Below, in pieces: positions 54,795-62,745 of a DNA stretch of 64,000 nt. The first letter of the stretch is position 1. The number at the start of each line of letters is the position of its first letter. The position numbers were made by a program, and so were the translations under genes. The notes under the pieces are model-generated. The model did not search any database, was not told where the DNA came from, and saw nothing but the letters and a program-made list of their open reading frames with translations. The DNA comes from a virus: IMG/VR virus record IMGVR_UViG_3300016471_000988, positions 32,001 to 96,000 of that record. One strand, given 5' to 3'.

Positions 54795-55568
54795 GTGGAT
54801 AACGACTCTAAAAATATAAGTTCTCTATATTGTCTTATAAAAGAGAACGCAATTATTGCACAAACAAATAACGTGTCAAACGCAGGAGGTCCTACTGCGA
54901 TGAAAATAGGAACACTCAAGCTTACTGACCGTGAAGGTAAAGTTGTAGGTACATATCAATTTAGAAATGGCGGTGGTGGAAGAGGTTTTATACCTGGCGG
55001 TACATATATTGTTACTGGACGCGAAAATTTAGCATCATCTGATGTTTTACCCATGACAGTAGATGGTGTTGGGTACAAATACCGGGTTCGCTCTTCTTCA
55101 GGTAGCACTCAAATTCCTGATCCAAGATATCCAAACGATCCAAGAGAAGGTATATTAATACATCCTGATGGTAACGTTCCGGGTACAGCTGGGTGTATAG
55201 GAATTGTAGGGAATGGTAATGTTCAGAAAGATTTTCAAACAAAAATGGACACTTTAATTCAGCAAGGCGGTGGTCAGTATGTCTTAAAATTCGACGATCC
55301 AAGTACATCTATGCCTTCAATGTCCACGCCACCAGCAACAAACAAAGCTCCAGGTACAGAAACAGGTACAGCAGCTACTAGTACTGAGCCAGGCCAAGCT
55401 CAAAAATCTAAGGAAAAAACACCACCTGCACAGGCACCGGCACCAGTATATACGTTTGCAGGTAGAGTCTTAACCCCCGCACAAGCACAAGCCTTAGGTC
55501 CTTTTGCACAAGCCACAGTAGACCCGACGGAAATAGCTAAATTAGGAAATATCAAATATGGACGGTAA
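54795..55568 (+). CDS. L,D-transpeptidase-fold (Tlde1/DUF2778-like) protein with Pro/Thr/Ala tail
   Basis: G.IPGG.Y...GILIHPDG...GTAGCIG His/Cys motif; GTG 4 nt after ATAAATA. Confidence 0.75.
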   Translation: MDNDSKNISSLYCLIKENAIIAQTNNVSNAGGPTAMKIGTLKLTDREGKVVGTYQFRNGGGGRGFIPGGTYIVTGRENLASSDVLPMTVDGVGYKYRVRSSSGSTQIPDPRYPNDPREGILIHPDGNVPGTAGCIGIVGNGNVQKDFQTKMDTLIQQGGGQYVLKFDDPSTSMPSMSTPPATNKAPGTETGTAATSTEPGQAQKSKEKTPPAQAPAPVYTFAGRVLTPAQAQALGPFAQATVDPTEIAKLGNIKYGR

Positions 55569-56910
55569 ATTTAGTAAATTATCTTTTAATGATTATAGGG
55601 AATTAGAAAAAATTCTCACAGAGGCAGTTGACGAAGCAAGTCCATACGGGGAAAAAATTGAGTTATTTGGCGGTGCTATGAGCATGTCGTATGAAATGGC
55701 GAAAAGAGTGCTGCTATTTATTTTTAAAATTTTTGATCCTACGGGTGTTTCGAGTTGGCCGGACTTCGCAAAAGCTTTAGAAAGATGGCAAAAAGAGCCA
55801 AATAAGTGGAATTTTGCATGTTTGATTGCAGCTATATTTTGTATCGTTCCAACTTTTGCTATAGATGCAGCTGTGGCAGCAGCTACCGCTGCCACAGTAG
55901 TTGGTGCTCCAGCTGCACCCGCCACCGCTCTTGGTACTCATTTGACAGTTTCAATACTTAAAGGTTGTGCTAAACTCGGTGCAAAATTCTTGAGGTATCT
56001 TCCTAAAGGAGCGCAAATTGCTGCAGCTATACAGAAGTACGGTGTCGCTGTATTAAAACAATCATCAGGTGCAGTCATAAGCGTATTACAAAAAGGTATT
56101 CAACAAGGCCATATACCAGCAAAACTTTTACCAGCTCTTAATAAATTATTTCGTAGATTGCAATTTCCAACCCGCGCCTTACAGGGAATATTTAATATGG
56201 GCACTGATACTGCATACAAACTAGCAGGAGCAGCAGGGACCGCTGCAGGTGCGGGGGGTGGAGAAACGCCTGGTGAAACACCTGAATCAACGCCTGCGGC
56301 GCCTGGTGAAGAGAAAATACCTTATCAACTTCCGGATGGTAGGATACTTTGGACTACAGCTGCAGCTATGCAAAGCCAAGGGATAAATCCACCAGAAGAA
56401 CCTCAAGGTGAACCAGTGTACAACGTTACGGGTCAGCCTATGACCCAGAGTCAAGCCCAAGCAACAGGTCCATATTATACTGCTGTACCGCCTACATACG
56501 GAAGAACGCGCGGAGAATATATTCCTAGAAATGTTCAGCAAGGTGCAACAACAAATTCCTTTGGAAGGCCATTTATGTCACCTGCTGAGTATATGAGACC
56601 TGATAATTTTAACAATCCCCCAAATCTTGGCCCACAATCATTTTACAGATCACCTAACAATTACAATCCTTATGGTTATAATCAGGGATATGGGCCAGCA
56701 GGTGCTCTAGCTAATATTGGTAACTTGCTAGGAGGTACACTTGCTAATATGGGGGCATTAGCTGGTCAAATGGCAGGAACGCCTGTTGCAGGTGTTGCAA
56801 ATATGGCTGGCGGATTGTTGAGTATATTGCCGGGAATGGGAGCACCAGGGATGATGCCAAATCCTGGAATGATGGGCAATATGGGTATGTTCCCGGGTTT
56901 AGGAATATAA
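55558..56910 (+). CDS. late protein with hydrophobic Ala-rich segment and Gly/Met/Asn-rich tail
   Basis: 450 aa; ...KILTEAV N-terminus; DPTGVSSW then hydrophobic helices. Confidence 0.8.
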   Translation: MDGKFSKLSFNDYRELEKILTEAVDEASPYGEKIELFGGAMSMSYEMAKRVLLFIFKIFDPTGVSSWPDFAKALERWQKEPNKWNFACLIAAIFCIVPTFAIDAAVAAATAATVVGAPAAPATALGTHLTVSILKGCAKLGAKFLRYLPKGAQIAAAIQKYGVAVLKQSSGAVISVLQKGIQQGHIPAKLLPALNKLFRRLQFPTRALQGIFNMGTDTAYKLAGAAGTAAGAGGGETPGETPESTPAAPGEEKIPYQLPDGRILWTTAAAMQSQGINPPEEPQGEPVYNVTGQPMTQSQAQATGPYYTAVPPTYGRTRGEYIPRNVQQGATTNSFGRPFMSPAEYMRPDNFNNPPNLGPQSFYRSPNNYNPYGYNQGYGPAGALANIGNLLGGTLANMGALAGQMAGTPVAGVANMAGGLLSILPGMGAPGMMPNPGMMGNMGMFPGLGI

Positions 56911-56919
56911 ATAAATTAT

Positions 56920-57429
56920 ATGACACGTGATGCCAAATTAATTGCAGAGAATTACAGCAAAATATTTCTTGAAAAAGGAGCAAACCCAATCGGCGCGGGG
57001 ATGCCTGAAGGCAAAAGATTAAAAGATTTAAACAACTTCACCTCAAACCTTGTAGCTATAGACGCGTTTGAAGATAAAACAAACGAACTATTTAATACTG
57101 CCGTAAAAACTGGATTTTTTACGCAAGCGGAAGCTGCTCAGGCTAAACAAATAATTACCGGAACAATAAGTGGTTTTCTATTGAGCTTAGTTTCATCCAC
57201 GGAAATCAAGTCACCAAATCAACTTCAGCAAATGAAAAAAGCTATAGCAGACAAAATAACAGGCGTAGATGTAAAGCCAGTTTTAGCAGCAATCGACAAA
57301 ATGACAAGTGCTATGGCTCCCTCGCCAGCCCCTGCTACAACACCTTCAACACAAACACCAACCACAGGCCAACCATCTGCACCAACTCAACCAGTTCAAG
57401 CAACAACACCTACTCAGCCTACTAGTTGA
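56920..57429 (+). CDS. hypothetical late protein with PT/Q tail, candidate head-internal protein
   Basis: TATAAATA 6 nt upstream; MTRDAKLIAENYSKIFLEK. Confidence 0.8.
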   Translation: MTRDAKLIAENYSKIFLEKGANPIGAGMPEGKRLKDLNNFTSNLVAIDAFEDKTNELFNTAVKTGFFTQAEAAQAKQIITGTISGFLLSLVSSTEIKSPNQLQQMKKAIADKITGVDVKPVLAAIDKMTSAMAPSPAPATTPSTQTPTTGQPSAPTQPVQATTPTQPTS

Positions 57430-57458
57430 TAAATATAATTTTGTCTATAATATAACAT

Positions 57459-58154
57459 ATGCGAATCGCTTTTAGCGGTGCTGCCTCTACAGGCAAGACA
57501 ACAACTCTTAGGGCTTTTCTAGAGAGATGGCCACAATACAAGCAGCCAGAGCTTTCATATAGAAGTTTGATAAAGAATAATAAGCATAGCAAACAAACTG
57601 ATAAAAAAATACAAAGAGAAATACTCGATTTCATGGTAACTCAACAGCAAGAATTTACACAGCACGATAAAATAGTATTTGATAGGTGTCCTTTAGATAA
57701 TATTGTATATTCATTATGGGCCTTCGACAAAAATAAGAAAGGATTTACTGACAAATATATTGATGAATCTATAGCCTCGGTAAGAAAAGGAATGAGATCT
57801 TTGGACATTATATTCTTAGTGACACGTGACGGTATGGGACCTATAGAGCAGGATGATCATCGAGAGGTTGATGAAACATATGTAACAGAGACAGATAATC
57901 TTTTTAGAGCTTTGACTAAACAATATTCAACTACTGGGGTATCACCTTTCTTCCCGCCTAACGATAGCCCTGCATTAATCGAAATAAGCGGTACTACTCA
58001 AGAGCGTATTGAGCAAATATCAATGTATGTAACTGAAGACGGAAACATGTACGGTGAAGAGCAGAGTCTGGTTAATATGGATGAGATTGCTAAGATGGAA
58101 AGACTGCTAACGCATCAAAAAGAAATGCTAAAGAAAGAAAAGGGCATTCTATAA
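57459..58154 (+). CDS. P-loop nucleotide kinase-like NTPase (NadR/AAA_28-like)
   Basis: IAFSGAASTGKTT, FDRCPLD, R..RE. Confidence 0.85.
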   Translation: MRIAFSGAASTGKTTTLRAFLERWPQYKQPELSYRSLIKNNKHSKQTDKKIQREILDFMVTQQQEFTQHDKIVFDRCPLDNIVYSLWAFDKNKKGFTDKYIDESIASVRKGMRSLDIIFLVTRDGMGPIEQDDHREVDETYVTETDNLFRALTKQYSTTGVSPFFPPNDSPALIEISGTTQERIEQISMYVTEDGNMYGEEQSLVNMDEIAKMERLLTHQKEMLKKEKGIL

Positions 58155-58161
58155 ATAATAG

Positions 58162-58386
58162 GTGATGTTTAATAAGAAAGCTCAAAGTATTTTAGAAAAC
58201 TACGGGTCGATAAAAACCGTTACGCGGTTATTTTACCCGAGAAATTTTAATTTGTCGGATGAATTTATCAACGCTTTCCGAAAGGAATATGCAAGGTTAA
58301 AATCATTAGGAATAGATGATAAAAGAATTCTTTTAAAGCTGAACAAAGCTTTACATTTCCATACACGGGAAACTAATAAGGCTTAA
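58162..58386 (+). CDS. small late protein
   Basis: TATAAATA 4 nt before GTG; ...SILENY. Confidence 0.7.
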   Translation: MMFNKKAQSILENYGSIKTVTRLFYPRNFNLSDEFINAFRKEYARLKSLGIDDKRILLKLNKALHFHTRETNKA

Positions 58387-58942
58387 ATATATTCCAGTAT
58401 ACAACTGTATCGAAAGTAGAAATATTAGATAGATTAGCACGTAGTACATAACCAGTGACTGGATTACCGGTTAATGATGTAAATAAATTTACTACACCAC
58501 CAGATATTGCCGCAAAGGTGGTACTGCCAAATTCTAGATTTACATCATACGCACTAAGTGTTACACCAGCAGAAACAGGAATAACTATGTTTGTACTAAT
58601 ATTGCTACCAGCTCGTATTGTTAGTGTCCCTGTACGATGATAGATTTTTGTATATTCTGCGTTTATAGTAGAGCTAAGAAAATTAAAAACAGTGTCTGTG
58701 TACAGCACACTGCTTGCGGATAGCTTTGATTTTAGCGCAATTACCTCAGCACTAATGGGTGTTAAGTTGCTACTAACAGTTTCAATCACAGTATAAAAGC
58801 TAGTATTTTCTTTTTGTAAGTTGAAAAAATTAATATCTATTAAATGAGCACCATTTTCATCTTCAATAATAAGCTTATCTTCAGACTTTACCGTAGGCAT
58901 TCTGTTTAGATTATTAAAATTAACGGAATTAAAAGTGGCCAT
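58373..58942 (-). CDS. virion fibre-like protein, paralogue 2
   Basis: 189 aa; aligns by eye with 58944-59513. Confidence 0.7.
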   Translation of the reverse strand: MATFNSVNFNNLNRMPTVKSEDKLIIEDENGAHLIDINFFNLQKENTSFYTVIETVSSNLTPISAEVIALKSKLSASSVLYTDTVFNFLSSTINAEYTKIYHRTGTLTIRAGSNISTNIVIPVSAGVTLSAYDVNLEFGSTTFAAISGGVVNLFTSLTGNPVTGYVLRANLSNISTFDTVVYWNIFKPY

Positions 58943-58943
58943 A

Positions 58944-59513
58944 CTAGTATAGCTTTATTACATTATAATTAACTGCAACTTCCACCATTGAGGGGCTTGT
59001 TAGGTTAGCTTGCAAGCTATAAAAAGGTGTATTACCGTTTACTGACGGAAAGCAATTTATAAGCAGCCCGGTTAAAGCAGGCACAACAGTAGAATTAAAC
59101 GTCAAATTAACATTTTCTGGCCCGATGGTCATCCCAACAACAGGCAGCGTAATGACAACAGAATTACTAACAGTAGCACCAACCGGAAACGTTAGCTGAC
59201 CGCTTTGATAGAATATTTTACTATATTGAGATACAACGGTAGCACTCATACTAGCAGCCTTAGCATTAACGTAGTCTTGAATGGAGGTAGATATGCTACG
59301 TGTAGTTGTTTGTAAGCTATTATTAGTGGTAATGATACCGCTACTTAAAGAAATCACCTCATTGTAAAAATTAACATTATCTGGGCCAACAACAAAATTA
59401 GCAAAATCTATAGTTTGCGTACCTTTATCTGTCTCGACAAGCAATAAATCACCATTTTTAATTTCTTCTAAAACAGGTAACTCCTTAATATTGACGTTAG
59501 TAATAACTGGCAT
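58944..59513 (-). CDS. virion fibre-like protein, paralogue 1
   Basis: 189 aa; N-terminal I.ELP......GDLLLVE pattern common in fibre/baseplate-attached proteins; late promoter. Confidence 0.7.
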   Translation of the reverse strand: MPVITNVNIKELPVLEEIKNGDLLLVETDKGTQTIDFANFVVGPDNVNFYNEVISLSSGIITTNNSLQTTTRSISTSIQDYVNAKAASMSATVVSQYSKIFYQSGQLTFPVGATVSNSVVITLPVVGMTIGPENVNLTFNSTVVPALTGLLINCFPSVNGNTPFYSLQANLTSPSMVEVAVNYNVIKLY

Positions 59514-59573
59514 ATTGTTTATTTATTATTATCCATTATGTTGCAATACGTAAGATTGCTGTATAATATATGT

Positions 59574-60383
59574 GTGATAGGTGTCGGAATAGTGACCTGT
59601 AATAGGCCGAGCTTCTTTCTTAGAAGCTTTAAGTCTATCCCTAAAGAATTAGAGCTTGTAGTTGTAAATGATGGTGCTGATTTTGAGGATATTGAACGCC
59701 TTAACAAGCAGCGCCCGTTTACATACATACACAATAGTACAAATGTGGGTGTCGGTAGATCTAAAAATAAGCTATTCAAAGTACTGCTCGATAAAGGCTG
59801 TACAGATATCTTTATAGTAGAAGACGATATTATTGTAAAAAATGGTGATGTTTTTAATGAATATATAAGAGCAAGAAATATAACCGGTATTCATCATTTT
59901 AATTTTGGTTACCATGGACCAGCCAACAAAAACGGTATTTCAGGAGGAGTGCCGGTTCCCAGATATGTCGTAGATTATGGTGAAATTAAAATTGCATTTA
60001 ATATGCATAGCGTCGGTGCTTTCTGTTACTATACAAAAGAAGTATTAACTGCTGTAGGACTGATTGATGAGGCGTATACAAACGCGTTTGAGCATGTAGA
60101 CCATGATTATCGAATTTATAAAGCAGGGTACGGTACACCTTATTGGCATTTTCCAGATTTAGCTAATAGCACAGATTATTTAGATGAAATAGAATGTTCA
60201 GAGGCTAGCAGTGCAATCAGACCTCGTGAAGACTGGCGCGACAATATTGTGAAAGGTGCAGAATTGTTTATTAAGAAACACGGGGTATCGCCTGCTTGGC
60301 AAAATTGTGTCCCTGATACCGGTGAACCTGAAGTTAGAAAACTATTAAAAGCCCTATACAAGAAAAACAAAACAACAAAATGA
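59574..60383 (+). CDS. GT2 family glycosyltransferase
   Basis: I.TCNR, VVVNDG, N.GVG..KN, IVEDD, IDE.Y...FEH.D; start inferred at GTG 59574. Confidence 0.9.
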   Translation: MIGVGIVTCNRPSFFLRSFKSIPKELELVVVNDGADFEDIERLNKQRPFTYIHNSTNVGVGRSKNKLFKVLLDKGCTDIFIVEDDIIVKNGDVFNEYIRARNITGIHHFNFGYHGPANKNGISGGVPVPRYVVDYGEIKIAFNMHSVGAFCYYTKEVLTAVGLIDEAYTNAFEHVDHDYRIYKAGYGTPYWHFPDLANSTDYLDEIECSEASSAIRPREDWRDNIVKGAELFIKKHGVSPAWQNCVPDTGEPEVRKLLKALYKKNKTTK

Positions 60384-61027
60384 GTGATATTCTATTAGAT
60401 TGTGGTACTAATTTTTGTCAAGGTCTTCAGACTCAAATTAATAACCTAGAGATAGATAAGGACTGGAAGATACATTGTTTTGAAGCAAACCCCTATACAT
60501 ATGCACATACCAAGAATATTATAAATAAAAATTTTAATCATCTAGATATTACGCTGCACAACAAAGCAGTTTGGGTGAGGAACTGCGTACGTAAGATGAC
60601 TGTTGAATATAATGATCAAGATTGCCTGCAGCATATAGCAACAAATAATGGGTTTTCGTTGACAGATTTAAATTTGAATAAGGAGGATGCTTTCTGGGTC
60701 GGTGGTGCTAGTAATATAATGGAAGAGAATTTTTTACCAACTGAAAGCGTGGGTCAGGTTAAGGAGCAGACTGTGGATGTAGGTTGTATTGATCTTTCTG
60801 AATTTATTAATAAAACTTTTTCAAAAGACGATGTAATTTATATTAAAATGGATATTGAGGGTGCGGAATATTCAGTTCTAAATAAATTAATAAAGACCGG
60901 GGCTATAGATAATGTAAGAAAAATAACTATAGAGTGGCATAACCATTTATTAAAGGAGCAATACGATCAACAATACCTCGAAAAGGAAATAGAAAAAAGA
61001 GGTATTGAATTAATACCGTGGCATTAA
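60380..61027 (+). CDS. FkbM-family methyltransferase
   Basis: LDCGTN.GQ, FEANP, KAVW, IKMDIEGAEY, IEWH. Confidence 0.9.
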   Translation: MSDILLDCGTNFCQGLQTQINNLEIDKDWKIHCFEANPYTYAHTKNIINKNFNHLDITLHNKAVWVRNCVRKMTVEYNDQDCLQHIATNNGFSLTDLNLNKEDAFWVGGASNIMEENFLPTESVGQVKEQTVDVGCIDLSEFINKTFSKDDVIYIKMDIEGAEYSVLNKLIKTGAIDNVRKITIEWHNHLLKEQYDQQYLEKEIEKRGIELIPWH

Positions 61028-61029
61028 AA

Positions 61030-61857
61030 ATGAAACGAATAGCCCTTGGCGTTAATTTGTTTGGTACATCAAATCGTACGGATTTGTGTATAGAATCTAT
61101 TTTGAAATGTCAAAATAAGCATACAAATATAGATCTATTTAACATACAATTTAAACAACCAGCGAAATTTAGATCTCATGATAGTTTTAAGCTATTAAAT
61201 GTACTAGAAAAAAGTAATCAAGATGTAATTAAGTCGCCTTCTACTAAGATAATTCCCCTAATGAGCGAGCTATTCGATAGGTTAGCGGAGCTAGATTATG
61301 AATATTTCTGCTTTACAAACGATGATATCATTTTATCTAACAGGTATTTTGAATTTATTAATAATACTAATTACGACTGCTACCCGGCCTCGAGACAAGC
61401 TATCCAACCAATTACATCTCTAGATCATTCTAAAATTGTCGGCGAACATTACCAGGTTGCAGGTTTTGATACCTTCTGTATTAGAACCGATTGGTGGAGA
61501 AAGAATACTCATAGGTTTCCTGATTATATTCTCGGGCATCCATGCTGGGATGTTCATTATGCAACCTTATGTATGAGGTTTGGCACATCGACTTTGTGCA
61601 ATAAGTGGCCGCCACCTACTTTCCATATAGTTCACGGTGATGCTTCGCACGATCCAAGCCCTGAGAGAGATCATAATTTTAGTTTATACTGGAAACCTCA
61701 TAAGTTTGATGTCGATATGTGGCATAACTATCTTTTTAAGGTCTTACTAAGGCGTCCTGGCGAAAATTACATGACCCCTCATTCTGATGAAGAACAATTA
61801 GAAAAACAATATTTTAGTGATGATTGGTTTAAAGATAACTACCAATCCTACCAATAA
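61030..61857 (+). CDS. GT-A-like glycosyltransferase
   Basis: FCFTNDDII DxD motif, GFDTF, WD..Y; start set at MKRIALG. Confidence 0.65.
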   Translation: MKRIALGVNLFGTSNRTDLCIESILKCQNKHTNIDLFNIQFKQPAKFRSHDSFKLLNVLEKSNQDVIKSPSTKIIPLMSELFDRLAELDYEYFCFTNDDIILSNRYFEFINNTNYDCYPASRQAIQPITSLDHSKIVGEHYQVAGFDTFCIRTDWWRKNTHRFPDYILGHPCWDVHYATLCMRFGTSTLCNKWPPPTFHIVHGDASHDPSPERDHNFSLYWKPHKFDVDMWHNYLFKVLLRRPGENYMTPHSDEEQLEKQYFSDDWFKDNYQSYQ

Positions 61858-62708
61858 CAACCACCTTCAATTTGTCTGTACCCGCTTGGAATTTCCGCTT
61901 CACTGGGCCGAATCCAATAATCATTAAAAAATGAGCCTATAATTTTATTTCCATCCCACCTACCACCTTTAATACCAAAAAGTATTTGAAGCGGCCCACC
62001 TAAATGAATTGCCTTTTTACCTAAATTTTTAGCGTGCGAGGCTAAAGGCAGCGAGGAAGCACCAGTCCCAATAAGAGCAGCATCAAAATCAATTTTTTCC
62101 ATCTTACTCTTTAGGTCATTAATCATATCATTCCATGAGCCATAATTATTATTATTAGTAGAAATAGCTTTGCTTGTTGGATGATATAGCGTTAACAATT
62201 CAAATTCAGGAAGAAGATTATTTTCCCATACTAAATTTCTACGTGCATATTGGGCTTTTATTGACTCAACGAAAGGAGAAATTACGAGTACTCTTTTATT
62301 TTTTAAAAACTTTGTCCACGGGATTCCTGAATAATAGGGTTCTAGCGAGCCTAGATCAGCTAAGATACAATCCGGTGATCTACTCTTAATAAACCTTCTT
62401 TCAAAATCACTGAGACCGCCATTCCACGCTGCTAACAAATCGCTATTTGCAACTGCCTTTTCTAACTCCTGACAAAAGCTGACCCGCGCATATTCAGTTT
62501 GGGGAAAGACACCAGCATTAACATATATCTCTTTCTCGACAACAGGGCTCCATTGAATAGGTGTCTGCTTATGGTGTAACGCTAATTGGTAGTTGTACAC
62601 ACACATTAATTCGGCATTGCCAATTTTGCCACAACACACTGGATCAGGCGATTTGAATAAATCATACAGTTTAATCGCGCTGTCTAGAAAATTTAATACA
62701 TCAAACAT
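61848..62708 (-). CDS. glycan-biosynthesis protein (GT-D-fold-like)
   Basis: DFD.ALIG.G...LPL...AK..GK.AIHLGG..Q..FGI.G.RW motif. Confidence 0.65.
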   Translation of the reverse strand: MFDVLNFLDSAIKLYDLFKSPDPVCCGKIGNAELMCVYNYQLALHHKQTPIQWSPVVEKEIYVNAGVFPQTEYARVSFCQELEKAVANSDLLAAWNGGLSDFERRFIKSRSPDCILADLGSLEPYYSGIPWTKFLKNKRVLVISPFVESIKAQYARRNLVWENNLLPEFELLTLYHPTSKAISTNNNNYGSWNDMINDLKSKMEKIDFDAALIGTGASSLPLASHAKNLGKKAIHLGGPLQILFGIKGGRWDGNKIIGSFFNDYWIRPSEAEIPSGYRQIEGGCYW

Positions 62709-62745
62709 ATCTTGAAATATACGATTTAGATTATACTATATATAA

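Noticed and set aside
16155-59573. Longest-ORF starts for gp17 (17927), gp44 (4087), gp18 (15483), gp47 (41074) and ORFs at 25030, 30195, 43174, 49015 and 59538
   Set aside because: They overlap neighbouring genes or promoters; shorter starts match the promoter geometry or family N-termini
759-62389. Many 60-120 aa ORFs in the track nested in or antisense to long genes (e.g. 759, 1118, 2811, 8951, 16521, 26695, 33223, 39151, 44889, 49806, 55593, 62174)
   Set aside because: Fully overlap genes with clear family motifs; no start-proximal promoter; no recognisable motifs
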